A stretch of DNA of 64,000 nucleotides, from assembly GCF_009834535.1 (NCBI RefSeq), contig NC_045696.1, positions 117,244,001 to 117,308,000 on the forward strand, read 5' to 3'. Of this stretch, positions 24,865 to 37,617 are shown piece after piece. This DNA is from Camelus ferus (taxonomy: Eukaryota). Under the pieces are notes generated by a model. The model searched no databases, was not told where the DNA came from, and was given only the letters and a program-made list of their open reading frames with translations. The translations under genes and the position numbers were made by a program. Position 1 is the first letter of the stretch. Every line of letters begins with the position of its first letter.

Positions 24865-26247
24865 GTTTAGAAACAGAAATAATCAGAAAATGGAGCAAAG
24901 CAGAGAGGGACATTGTCATCCAATAAATTCAACAATATTATGGAGAAGATGGATATTTTTGGTCTAAAATTAGCCCAGAGTATTTTTACTATTCACATTT
25001 TTTGTCTGCATAGACACAATAAAGTTGTTCTTCCCACAGTCAGAAAAAAAGCACTATTTATTTGCCACTAACCTTTGCCTAATGTATAGTGTCAGTTGAC
25101 TTTAAGAAGAGTTGGCCAATTAAGAGTTAGGTTAGACTGAATTCTTTGGGGGAGGAGGAGGAAAACTGGATTATTCCAGTACTAAGGTAATTTAAAATCC
25201 ATAATAAATAAAGTAATGAGGTTTTCAGAGAATCACTTAAGCAGGAAAAAAAAAATGGTATGAAGTTCCTAAATCCGTAGCAGAATAAAGGTTCTTTCAA
25301 AGTTTTAGCTCTTAGTTTATTGAACAGTAATTTTGTGTTTACTTTCTAATATAAAATAAAAGATCTATCTCTTCTGTTTTTGTGTAAAATCTAAATATGT
25401 TTGTTATTTGTATAAATTTGCTGCTGAAATTTTAGTGTTGAGAATCTGCATAGCAATGCACATTAAATGGATATTGATCTAACATTAGAAATAAAAAAAA
25501 TACCCATTAAATTAATCAATAAGGATTTCATTCTGATGAACTCAGCAGCCCAAGGTAGGGTATTTGCTTGCTTTTCCCCTTTCCAAGCAACCTATTTCAC
25601 GTTATAGGAAATAATCCAACATTTAAAAGATTATACTGGGGAAAAAAACAGCATTGGTGAAAGCTGCAGTTTGTAATTGCAAAGTTAATTATCTTTCCTA
25701 AACCATCAGTTGTCACTTAGAGAGACCAGATTCTTGCAGACTCTCCAGGGATTGCCTTTATTTCATTCCTAATGGCTTGGGACCCACCATTTTGCTGTCT
25801 CTGAACATTTGGTCACTGAATGCACCATTTATGGAGTATTGTTTAATTAAGGACAAATTAAGAGAACTGTGCACAGAATTTAATTTCATAGACTCTGTAA
25901 ATTCTTTTAAAGAGGATACTAACTCTAGGCATGATAAGTTTTCATTATCCTTTGCTTCTATAAGGTATTGACAATTTATTGTTTGCAACAGTTCCAAGTT
26001 TTGTTTACTCTTCAGGGGATTTTGTTGGCACTGTACTTTTTGTGCTTCACAGAAATCCTATGGAAGCATCTGACTCTTCCTTAACCCCTTCGGTTCTGAA
26101 TCACCCAGACGCAGAAGACCACATGCTTGAAAGACTGCATTTGACTTTTGTAAAGACTAGTGATTTATGCTAAGGGTCAAATGAGAACTGAGATCATTAG
26201 AACATGTGCTTAATGTTCTAGATCTTGGGATGTAAAATACCTCACGT

Positions 26248-26335
26248 GGCCAGTCATTCATTTATTCTTTCATTCGAAAAATAATTACTGAGTGCCTGCT
26301 ATGCACCAGGAAATATTCTAATGGAGAACGCAGCA
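26248..26335 (-). mobile_element. L2 3' end fragment
   Basis: 'cattcatttattc...taattactgagtgcctgctatgcaccagg'. Confidence 0.6.
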
Positions 26336-26689
26336 ATTACTAAGAAGCAGAGGAGTTCTGACATATTTTGATCTTAAATTTTTTTAGAATAAATTTTACC
26401 AGGATCCTCACTGCATCCTCTGAGAAGTCAAGTACAAATAAATTTGTCTCCTGGTGCTTAGATGGAATAATTCCAGTATTTGACATGAAGTGAATTGAAA
26501 TCTTAGAGCTCTTACTGTCCAAACTCCCATAAGTTACTAAGGAATAATCTAAGTGACGGAGAGGTTCTTTTACCTAATTTCATCCAACACATTAGCATCA
26601 CTTACCAGATACTTATATCCTCAAATACAAAAGTATTGCGAATAACTGCAAGTATAATAATACTTATAAATATCTGTAATGTTAAAGCT

Positions 26690-27060
26690 TTTATATTTAC
26701 ATGTAACAGAAGCTCAATGCAAACTCTACTAAGCTGAAGGGAATTTATTATAAGGATACAAAAGCTTCAGAACAGACTGACACAGGAATCTGATCATCAG
26801 GGTTCTTGGCAGCCTTCTAGTTGGACATCTCTTTCATTCTTTCCTTCCTTCTGCAAATATTTTAAACATTTCTCTCGTCCGTTTGGAAGTCATGGCTGCC
26901 AATAGTTCCGAGATTTACAGATTATACTCTAGCAACTCAGAGACATACACTCTCCTTCTGTTCCGATTCAAAATTCCCAGGAAGGGACTCCTTGGAAAAA
27001 CGTGAGTCCAAGCGTCTTCTTAAATCAGTCCATTATGGCCAGTTAGGAAAGATGTCTTGA
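26690..27060 (-). mobile_element. Old MLT1 (K/L-like) fragment
   Basis: 'gtaacagaagctcaa...gggaatttatt', 'catggctgccaatagttcc', 'aaattcccaggaagggactc'. Confidence 0.5.
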
Positions 27061-27279
27061 GGGCATCGTAATTAATGCTATGTCCGATGCTCACCTGTGG
27101 ATCAGTCCACTAATATGGAGGTCGATGGTTGAGAGAGTGTAGGAGGATTAGGGGTGGGAGTCGGGGAAGTGGGGAGAACCTATGTGTATTACTTTTGAAC
27201 CTGGGTGCTCTTACTAAAATCATCCGAGTTTTATTCTAAGAATTGAAAATAACTTGAATTCCTTTCAACAATAAAACAG

Positions 27280-27740
27280 CTAAGTCTATTGTGATGCTTT
27301 TATATAATGGTATACTTTACAGCAATAGAAAATAAATGAGTTGCAGCTATGTACAATAATATGCATAAATTTCACACCCATAATTCACGAACATAATTTT
27401 TAAGTGAAAAAAAAAACACAGACAAAAAATTATACTGTGTTATTCATTTTATGTAAAATTTAAAACACAAAGCTCATGGTTAGTAATTTTTGTACTTCAG
27501 CAGTGAAACCATTGATAAAAGCAAGAAAAAGATGACTGACAAATCAAGATGATCTTTGGAAAGGAATGATGAAATGATTTTTGAGAGAGCCCATGAGGAG
27601 GGTTTGGGAGAGCTAGCAATGTTTCATTTTTTCAACTGGAAAGCCTGACCTGGGTGTTCGCCTAGTGAGAATTTGCTGATCTATCGACTTATGTTTTGTG
27701 CAGTTTTTAGAAGGGAATTATGATTCATAATATAAAAGAA
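27280..27740 (+). mobile_element. Old L1 (L1ME-type) 3' UTR
   Basis: 'tataatggtatactttacagcaatagaaaataaatgag', 'tatactgtgttattcattttatgtaaaa', 'acttatgttttgtgcagtttt'. Confidence 0.65.
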
Positions 27741-28217
27741 GCCAATGTTTGTAACGAGGGTTCTCCATCCATGCCTGCTCCCCTCAATTCAGAGTTATCT
27801 CCCAATAAAAGAAGAACAATGGAACCTCACATCATTTCATGGCTCTAGGGGTAGAGGAGACCTAAGTCCTACTTCTGCTCTAGTTTTCTGTATGACATCC
27901 AGTCTCATCAGAGTGTCTTCCTGCTACATAGATCAGGAGCACAGAGAAGGGGTGTTTGCACAGTTTGCCTGGAAGGACTGGCCCCGAGTAACCCTGCTGT
28001 ATTGGGAGAGCAGGCAATGACTGTCCTGTGGAGCCAGGATGTCCTTCCAGGAGATGACAGCCCACATGTAGTAAGGACACCGGAAAAAGCAGCAGTGAGA
28101 GCAGACGGGGGATTCTAGCTCAGAGAAGGGAGGATGATTAAGACTTCAATTGAGAGAATTTGTCTTAACAGATTCCCTGTCTCTGCTGCTTCTGGACTCA
28201 GAATACAGAATGCTGCA

Positions 28218-28341
28218 GGGAGGGATAGCTCAGTGGTAGAGCTCATGCTTAGCATGCATGAGATCCTGCATTCAATCCCCAGCACTGTCATCAAAATAAA
28301 TAAATAAGTAAAAATAACTACAACCCCCTCCCCAAATAAAT
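28218..28341 (+). mobile_element. Vic-1-type camelid tRNA-derived SINE
   Basis: A-box 'tagctcagtggtagag', decayed B-box 'cattcaatcc', (AAAT)n tail; TSD aatacagaat 28202-28211 / 28342-28351. Confidence 0.88.
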
Positions 28342-28654
28342 AATACAGAATCTTAGTGAAGCTTGGAGCCCCTGGGCCTCAGATGCAGCCTCTTCCTATG
28401 CCACAAACCCACATCCCCACAACTCTCAATCCTCAGGCTTCACTCGACCCACATACCCCTCTGGACTCCCCAAAACCTGGGAATTCTTTTTTAGACTGAG
28501 GAGTACCCCTTCCTCCAAATCTAAACTACTCAATGGATATCAGCTTTTTAAGAAAATACCCAGGAAGAACATTGCAAACATCCTGGGGCCTGTTTGAACA
28601 CGAGAAAAGAGAAAGGTACAGGCGAACCAGTAATAACAGAAAACTTGACATAAA

Positions 28655-28834
28655 AATTGTACATTTATAGGTATTATAAGCGATCTAGAGATGATTTAAA
28701 GTACATGAAAGGCTGTGTAGTTACATGCAAATACTATGTCATGTTATACAAGGAATTTGATCATCGTCAGCTTTTGGTATCCATGGAGGGGTGGGTCCTG
28801 GAACCAATGCCCCACAGAGACTGAGGGATGACTG
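28655..28834. mobile_element. Tigger-derived MITE (MER2/Tigger3-like), one-ended fragment
   Basis: 'ggtattataagcgatctagagatgatttaaagtac...gtcctggaaccaatgcccc...gagggatgactg' followed by TA; homologous to 24700-24864. Confidence 0.82.
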
Positions 28835-28949
28835 TATTTTTTATATTATGTATTTATTTATATAGAAAGAATACATATTTACATACATAAAGATTATAAA
28901 TTTCATATCCACAAATGAGTCTTTTATAACTGCTTGTTTAAAGTAGCTA

Positions 28950-29395
28950 GAATTGGCAGATGCAACAAAAGACTTAACATGATAGTTGAAACAAGTAGAA
29001 AATCGTGATTTTAGTTTGTAATGAATCAGGGAAGAAGACAGCTTTCAGCATGAGTTCAGGGGCTGTACATCCTCAGGGCCATGGGTTCTTAAATGTATCA
29101 ACTTCTCTCACAGAGTCACAAGCTAGTTGCTACAAAGTAGCTACTGCAACCTCATTCAAGGCACAAGAAGAAGGGAAAAGTGGTGGGAGTGAGATCACCT
29201 CTTCTGTAAAGAAAGACGACTTTTCCCGAGACACAACCAGTGGTCTCTGCTTACAAAATTCATTGTTCAAAGCCTAGTTCACTCTTGACTGAAATAATGG
29301 CTTGAGAAATGAACATTTAATCATGCTCACAGTATCCCAGGTGCCAAGAAACAAGAGTGAATTGAATGTGGGGTGGACAACCAAGAGTGTCTATG
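28950..29395 (-). mobile_element. Old MLT1 LTR fragments
   Basis: 'acaaagtagctactgca...ctcattcaaggcacaagaagaagggaa', 'ttttcccgagacacaaccag', 'gtggacaaccaagagtgtct'. Confidence 0.45.
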
Positions 29396-29416
29396 GCAAT
29401 TGATGTAGCATCTCCA

Positions 29417-29512
29417 TTTTATTTTATTTGTTTAGTGGAGGTACTGGGGATTGAACCCAGGACCTCCTGCATGCTAAGCATGTGCTCTACCACTGAACTT
29501 TTTCCTGCCCCC
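29417..29512 (-). mobile_element. Vic-1-type camelid SINE
   Basis: 'ggaggtactggggattgaacccaggacctcctgcatgctaagcatgtgctctaccactga' is the reverse complement of the SINE head. Confidence 0.9.
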
Positions 29513-31269
29513 TGCACTTTATTATTTATAAAAACAGTTTCACATCAAAGGATGATCCAACTGGGGGGATAGAAATCATTTGGGAGCACTTATTTAAACA
29601 TTGTTAAAGGCAGCCCCAATCGCAACTACAGCAGAAGCAATAGTCTACCTTATTAGAGACAAATTTTGGAAAGGCCCATGAATTTAAATGAGGAGTCATA
29701 CCATACCTAGAAGCACTAAATTTGTTATTATGTGTTCATTTTTAAAAATTTCCTTTGTTTGAAGCATGTTTCTATAACTTCCATGTGTTCAAGTCAAAAC
29801 GGGCATAAAGGAGGAGGAAGGCCTTTCAAAGTACCTCAAACTCCTGTTGGTCCCATTTCCTATTTTCACCTATTAATCATCCTACATAGTGTTCAGTATA
29901 TGGAATTCTGAAGTTCTGGCATAATTACTATATCTGAGTTATTTCTTTGCTATTGTAGCAACCAATCCTTAACTAATTTTCCCCCCAAACTGCCGAAGTC
30001 TTTCTTTTGTAGAGATAGTGCTGTTCTTTACAAAGCCGACATCTGGCCAGCAGCTCTTCATTCACCAGAGGAAGAGAGAAACAGACCCATTAAAGGAAAG
30101 AAAAAAATAAGTTGTGTGTATGTGTCTATCTGTCTGTCTGTCTGTCTTCCTGTCTGTGTATACACACAGTTGAATACATAAAGTGAAGCCAAGACAGATT
30201 TTATAAAAGACTGGATCACTGAACACAGGACCAAATTCTTGCAATTTGCATTTTCTACCATCACAGAAGAAATAAGAGTGTAAACATTTGGGAATGGAAG
30301 AGAAAAACATAATAAATCAATTGATAGGTATCTAGAACTCTGCTCTGTATCCTCAGATTTGCAGCCAGACAAGAGGGCTTTGATTGTCCTACTTCACAAA
30401 GATTCCCCTAGCCCTGAACTAACTGCTCAAATATTTAGATAAGACTGAGTGTACATAGAAGGAGGAGAAGGGAAGAAAAAAGGAGGGTGTGGGAGGGAGG
30501 ACTTGGAGGGGAGAGACTAAAGGGCTTAGCCATAAAATGTCATCTGAATCACAGCTAACATATTGCTCACCCAACACTAAAATGCTATAGAAAAATTACA
30601 CCAAATCCAAAACCTGTCAAATGAGATTTAGCAACACAGTTCAGAAGTTATTCCCCATTGGGTAACTGTCTATAATCTTGCAACAAACCCCATAAGCGTT
30701 CACAGTAGTTATTCCATATGCTAAGGGTAGCATATCATTTCAGAGCTGTCAGTTTTAATTTCAGCATTATTAATTTTACCATAAGCCCACCGACGTATAT
30801 TTCAGGAGGCATATATCATGAAGATCGTAAACTCCCACAAAGAAGCTGGGGATAGTTACAGGTTATGTCACGGGTTTGATGGGAATTAGATTCATCAAGA
30901 GAATAGTAAGAGAAGGTTTAATGTATATGTCAAAGCACACATGAAGAACATAGCCTGTCCACAGATTGGCAGTCAGGACATGTCCAAGTGATGAAAAATA
31001 CTGTGGTGAGGTGTTTGTTTTGTTTTAAATTAACAGCACATCATTATGTTACAAAAATGTGGGCTTTAAAGCAAATCTAGGAGCTTGTGAGGAAGGTTTA
31101 TTATTTTTTTTAAAGAAAACTTTTTATTTCTAAAAATAAATTCTTCTTAGTAAGCTGATTACGTTTTGGGAACAGGAATCGAATGTTTTATAGCATATTA
31201 GCAGACATCTTTCTATCACTGATTGACTGAGGTCTGTGGGCTTTAAAACATGGATAAACTCAAACACAT

Positions 31270-31926
31270 TGTGGTAAATCAAAAAATTAAAGATGGCTGC
31301 ACATCCTTTGCCACTCATCCCGTTAAAAGGTAGAAGCTATTTCCCTCCTCTTGAATCTGGGGTAAATTTGGGACTTGTTTTGCCCAGTGAAATGTGGCAG
31401 GATTCACTCTATTTCATGGCTGAGCCTTAAGATACTAGCCCTGTTGGTAGTCTTAAAATAGGCTTACAGATGGAAAAAGCATCATGAAAAAATTATTAAA
31501 TCTCAAATATGACCCACTGGTGTTTGCTGGGCCCTTTGATTACTATGTATAAGAATCTAGAACCCTAGGACTTTCACCTTTACCTTTTAACACATTCCAG
31601 GAAGCCAGCTACTGCAGAAGAAGCCCAACCACTCACTGTCAGACCTCCATGCTGCAAAGAAGCCCAAGCCACTTGGAAAGACAGTAGCCACTTGGAGGAG
31701 AGCTGCAGTGTTTGGCATAGAAGAGGACTTGTTTAGATCTTCCAGCTTAGCCCTAACAGTAGCTGAATGCAGCTAAATGAATGACTCTCGCTGACACCAT
31801 GTAGCAAAAGTCCTGCCCAGGAGAGCACTGCCCAAATCCCTAACCTACAGGATAGTGAAAAATAATATTGTTTTAAGCTGCTGTGTCTTGAGGTGGTTTA
31901 TAGCGGGGCAGCAGATAACTTACACA
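31270..31926 (+). mobile_element. MLT1 (H/G-like) MaLR LTR
   Basis: 'aagatggctgcacatcctttgccactc...cttgaatctggg', 'aagaagcccaagcc', 'gctgaatgcagc', 'tgttttaagctgctg...gcagataacttacaca'. Confidence 0.82.
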
Positions 31927-33639
31927 GATTATGTGTATGGTGTGTGCCTATGTATAATACACATAATACAAATTCATGCTTCCCTGTAATTTAGACAGTG
32001 GAGATGCAAAATCAAACTTTTAATAAGAGATTATATTTGCATATTCATAAAAATCTAATAAACATGGATATATTGGAAGATGGGCACAAAGTGGATAGGA
32101 AACACAAATAAGAGACTTGTCACTATGTATTTTTTAACATATTTTTAAATAATGTGATCGTATCTTATCCATTTAGCATTTAAAACTAAAATTTAAAAAT
32201 AACTGCTCCAGAGAAAGAGAGAGAAAGAGAGACAGATAGACAGAGGCAGAAAAACAGAGAGGGAGAGAGATGGAGAGGACTGTGATTTGAATGTTATTTA
32301 TTTTTAATATATTAACTTGCCAAGCAGTGCTCTACCAAGAATTAGCTTGACTTTGGAAATGCTTCTTCCAAGGATTTTATTTTGAGTAGCCTGGCTGAAG
32401 GATGGAAATGCTACCATGAAAAAAGCATTCAACTTCAAATATGGCCCATTGATGGACATTTTGATTATTGTTACATAAGCATTTAGCTCCCCAGGGCCAA
32501 GAAAGGTAAACCTATTCATTTAGATATAATGTTGAAACTGAACATGCTTGCTCAAAAGAAGCTTCAATTTTACTTTGTAAGTAAACTTCATTTTTAGTAA
32601 AGATCCATAGCAATCTCCTAAAATCTATAAACTGTTCCTTTAATATGGAAATGGTCCAAACAAGAAGCCCTTTTTACAAGGCAGATGTTTATAAAGGGTG
32701 TTGTGTGTGCTTGTGTGTTTGTGTAGATAATTGCAGTTATCTTCATTGAGTCTGATCCTTCAGTAAATATTTGTAATGTTACCTTGAGCATGTCTTCAAA
32801 GGGGAAAAAAAAAGGATAGATTTTAACTGGATTTTATCAGAAATCATGTTGATCTCCTTCTCAGTCATGAAAAGTGAACATATTTCTATCCTAGGATAGA
32901 AATCTTTGCTATGTCCCATGCAAAAAAAAAAAAAAAGTATCGTAATGATAAAGCATGCAGTTCAATTCATAAGCATCTTAAAATGAAATAGTCAAAACCG
33001 CTTCTTAGCAGAATAAACTTCAGTTTATTTTAACGATTACTATGTTAATTATTAAAACAAACAAACTGATCAGAGTTTTCAATTAGGACTGCACTGCAAA
33101 CGTGAATGTGAGTATGACATAAGAAGGCATGTCTTTCCCCTCATAAAACTTCATTCTCAGGATAGATTCACTGACTCACACCAGAGAAAAATTATTCCTA
33201 TTTTTCTACCCAGATATTCTTGCATTCGTATTTTGTCTTACTAATTATTTTAAAATATTATTTCAAAGTTGTAACTTTTCAAGAGTCTGAAAATTAAGAG
33301 CAAAATATTTGAAAAAAGTTTACCTTCCATAACAAGCAATCAAGAGCATGAGTCCACATATACACAAACACACAGACACGCACAAGTTTCGACAGTATGG
33401 TCTTCAACCATGTGATTGTGGTTGCTGCTAACTTAAAAGCACAAAAATGTTTCACTTGAAAACAGGATTAAATGTTAGATGAAATGAACATTTTCTTTGA
33501 GGAGAGACTTAACCTCAAAATAAATATTTTGTCCAATCTCACTGGAGGCCAAATCTACCCTGGTACGTTGTTTGATTGTGTTTGTCATCTTACGCCTCTT
33601 CCATCTTCATGAGAGGAAATTCACCAGGGTAGGTGCTAC

Positions 33640-34353
33640 CCTTTTAGCCCAGGCCTCAGACTGAAGGCACGCAGAACAGATCTAAGACCAGTTCAAAGCA
33701 AAATACCAAACCCAGCTGCACCTGCTGTTACTGAGTCCAAGCTTGTACTGCTCACCTCAGGACAGGCCAACAAATCGAGAGATGAGTTGTGGAGGTAGCG
33801 AATAGTGACTTTCTTTGGAAAGCCAGCAGACCAAGAAGATGGTGAACACTATCCAAAGAGCCATCTCACACAAGTCAGAATTCAGGTTCCTTTTATACTA
33901 AAAGGGGAGGGGGTGGTGGTTAGTTGTTGCAAACTTCTTGGTTTTGGAATTCTTTGTTCTTGCAGCTGTCCACATAGGTCAGATCACAGTGTTCCTGTAA
34001 ACCTCCAACAAGACATTTTTTTTCTCTGTTCTGTAACTTTTTATCTCCATGTGAATGGAAAAGTGTTCTACCCTTAAAGGTCAGAGCCTTAAGAATGGGC
34101 TTTCCTGTGTATTTTAGGCTCTAGGCAACATTCTTTTGCAAAAGGTGCAGAATCAGCATGGTTCAGCACAGGCAACAGAGCACAGGGTAAGAGCTAAAGG
34201 ACCAGATCTAATATGGAGTCAGATTTGTTCTTCCCTATTACACTACCAGAGCTCAACCTAGAAATCCCAACCTCAGCTGGGAAATAAGTGGTTCTGGTGT
34301 CTGCTGCTATGATTGTGTGAGTATCTGTTACACAGCAATATCTGACTGTTACA
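33640..34353 (+). mobile_element. Old MLT1 LTR interrupted by an ERV1 LTR
   Basis: Right part 'aaataagtggttctggtgtctgctgctatgattgtgtgagtatctgttacacagcaatatctgactgttaca' is an MLT1 3' end. Confidence 0.55.
33726..34242 (-). mobile_element. MER41-like ERV1 solo LTR (copy 1)
   Basis: TG...CA termini; TSD ctgc/ctac; reverse complement shares 'ggaagaacaaatctgactccat' and 'accatcttcttggtctgctggctttc' with the copies at 37103 and 56757. Confidence 0.88.
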
Positions 34354-36089
34354 ATTTCTTAGATTTTGGGAGAAAGGGATCAGTAGACTTTTGAAGAGCA
34401 TTTGCTAAATACTCTGTGTACACTGTGATTTCTAACTACTAAGCAAACACTAGACAGAGAGAAAATATAGAAGGGAACTGAAATAAAACCAATGGAAAAA
34501 AATCTGACTGGGAACAGTGTCAGAGGAAGGACAAAGAAGTTTAGAAAAATGAGCAAAAAATAATCACCACAGACAAATGGACATGATCCCATTATACCTC
34601 ATAAGTAGCTAGGATTATAATGTTAATCATGAAAATAGAGTCACTTGTATTTATATTACCCTTTACAAAAAAAAATCTATCTGGCATATAATAGTACTTT
34701 TTGCCCTTGACCCTCCCAATATGCAAATGAAGAAAATAGGGAAGGTATTTTTAATCTTCATTTTATAAATTAGACAAACAAAGCTCAGAAAGATTATATG
34801 CCTCATCTAGTACAAAAACTTGACTCTAAGACTTTTTCCTCTAAGACCTGGCCCTTTAGACAACAATTCTTTTCATCTTATTTTTATTAGGAAAAGAGAA
34901 AAGGCCTTATCCCAACCTGAAATTCAATAGAGTACCATAAAATGCTGCAAAACATTAGTAGTGCTTACCTAAGGACCTGTGTGTATGCTGCTTTGGGTTC
35001 ATTTGGTTTTGTCTGTGGTGCAGATGTGTCATCCAGGTCAATCACTCACCCTCCTTAGTGGTTGGCCTCCTACCTAATGTTACTGCTTGAAGCTGAGTCC
35101 CAGCCATGGATGAAGTCAGAAATTGGGGGTAAAAAAAAAAAAAGCATGTTGTTGGCTCCTATGTAATGGATTAAGCAGAAACAAAATGCCAACAGTAATT
35201 AAAAATATATCTTGGTCCTAGGTTGATATTTAGCATCTTGTCCATTAGCTCGCTGGCTTGAGAGTTCATAGCCTTTGTGGTCATACCATTTGAGGGTTTT
35301 GATTTGGGCATTGCGGTAAACTCCAAACATTTGCCAGCACTCACTGGGGTTATTAATAGAAAAATCTACAGTTATAGCATATTAGATTTTTTTTTGTTTT
35401 GGTGTGTTTTTCCATGGGGGTAACAGAGTCCCTGCCTTTCTCATTAAAAAAATATCCTATGCTGATATTCTATTAGCCAAACGTATCATTAGTTGCTCAG
35501 CTAGTTTTAGTAATAGGGTATTCTCTGAATAAAAGCCAAGTATTTTATTCTACAGACAAATATCACCTACTATGTGCCAGGCATTTTGGTACAAGGTCAA
35601 ACAATACAAATCATTCCTTTGGCCATTTGCTAATTTTTATGATAAAATAAGCAATGAGAAAAAAATGCTCCAGAAGCTCATTCAGGGATCTTCTCCAATT
35701 AAAACGTATGAGCACAAATGGGAGAGAAGATATGCATGTACATAAATAGAGCTCTGGAATTCACTTCCCTACTCTGAGCTCCCCACTGCCACCACCCCTC
35801 TCCCCCTGCTCCATGAACTACACTGCCTTTAGTTCATTGGAGGGGGTCTTTGGATCATGTGGCTGCTAAGATGACCTTCACAAGACCACTTTCCTCTCCA
35901 CAGTCCCCTCCAGATTCTGCTGCAGAAACTGGACCTGCTGCAGACCCAAGGAAAATGTTGGAAGAGGTGCTCTCCATCCCACCTGTGGCATCTCTTCACC
36001 TGGCTCCTAAGGCAACAGTTCACACGCCCCAAGATTCCCAAGTTGCTCCATCAAAATGATCTCAAGTTTAGCCGACATCTCTGCAATAT

Positions 36090-36481
36090 TGTGATATAAG
36101 AAATGCATTTCTTTCTTATTTTGATCTCTGTTCCCAGCTCCTGGCCAGAGCTTCTAAAACGTTTTGTAATTTCCTAAGTGACAAAAGTGCTAGATGTATC
36201 TTTTGTTCTAATATCTGGTCTTTGACCCTGGTTTCTGACGCAAAGCTCCTAAATCCCTTGTAATTTCCTGGGTCATAGGAAAGTCATTTGTTCTAATGAG
36301 GTGATTCTTGGTGGGCTCTTGGATTAGGGGCTAGTCACCAGAAAAACCAAGTCATGATTAGAAGCTTGGACTTTTGTTCCCACCCCATCCTCCAGGGAGG
36401 AGAGAGGGACTGGAAATTGAGTTAATAATTGATCACACCTACATGATGAAGCCTGCATTAATTAAAAAAAAAAACCCTGAA
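36090..36481 (+). mobile_element. MER21-type LTR, 5' half
   Basis: 'tgtgatataagaaat...gagcttctaaaac...aatttcctaagtga...gtcaccagaaaaaccaagtcatgattagaagcttggac...ggagagagggactggaaattgagtt'. Confidence 0.75.
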
Positions 36482-37102
36482 TATTATGTTTTTCTGAATA
36501 ATTCTGTATCTCAACTAATTCTCTCCCCAAATAATCTTCTTAGATCTCTCTCTTTCCTCCATAAACCATTATTGAGTAAAAAGTATGAGCTTTGGAGTCA
36601 CAGAGACTTATTGTGACCTTGGTTGACATTCCTGAACTTTAATTACCTCATGAATGAATATGGTTAACATATCTCCTTTCATAAAGAGTGTCTGGCAAAG
36701 CACTCTCTGCTTCCTTCTCCTAGATAACATAGCTTCCTCACAATCCCACAAAAATCTGCTGAAATAAGAAAATGCAGAGCTCCTGTAAGAGTGCAGACTA
36801 TCTCACCCATGTGTGCATACACAGACACAGACACAGACACACACAATGACATGAAGTCACTAAAATCAGAGGCATAGATGGCTTCACTCTGCTTAAACCA
36901 CATTCTGGGAGTCCTGTGCCAAGTCTGATATTCTGGCTGGACTGTGATGGCAAATGCTTTGAGCCACATTTACTCCAAGGATGAGACAAATGACTGTTTT
37001 GTGTATCCTGGAGTCCTTGAAGTTAATATCACAAAATCCTGGAATTTTAGAACTGGAATCATGCTTGGGGATCATCTAGTCCAGCAGCTTTCAAACTGTG
37101 TG

Positions 37103-37617
37103 TGTAATAAGGAAGAACAAATCTGACTCCATGTTGGATCTGTTTCTTTTATCTGAATCTTTGCATTCTATTGCTTTTGCTACAAGTTAATCACTAAAGG
37201 AATGTTGCCTATAGCTTAAAGTACACATAATAGCTCATCTTCAGGAACCCTGCCCCCATGCCTGAGCGTTAAGCTAAAATACCTTTGTTTCATTCACAGG
37301 AAACATCCTGGCTAGGCCCACCTGTGAATGGCTACAGGGAAAAGTAATTAATATATCCTCTCTAGAGTCTAGCAGAGCCAGGAAATAGTTGCAATGACTT
37401 ATCACCTTTTTAACTTTACCTCCTCACCTCCCCTTCTTTTTTCTATAAGAGAAACTAGCATCCACATCCAGGCAAGATGCTTCTTTGGGACACTAGTCCA
37501 CCATCTTCCTGGTCTGCTGGCTTTCTGAATAAGGTCGCCATTCCTCGCCCCAGCAATTCACCTCTCAATTCATTGGCCTGTCCTATGGTGAGGAGTATGA
37601 TCTTGGCCTCAGTAACG
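37103..37617 (+). mobile_element. MER41-like ERV1 solo LTR (copy 2)
   Basis: Starts 'tgtaataaggaagaacaaatctgactccat', ends 'cagtaacg'; perfect 4-bp TSD tgtg (37099-37102 / 37618-37621); TATA-like 'tataag' and 'aataag' poly(A)-like signal. Confidence 0.9.

Noticed and set aside
35850..36059. Pro/Ser/Ala-rich ORF as a possible exon
   Set aside because: No recognisable homology, non-ATG start, and no convincing splice context; cannot be supported from sequence alone
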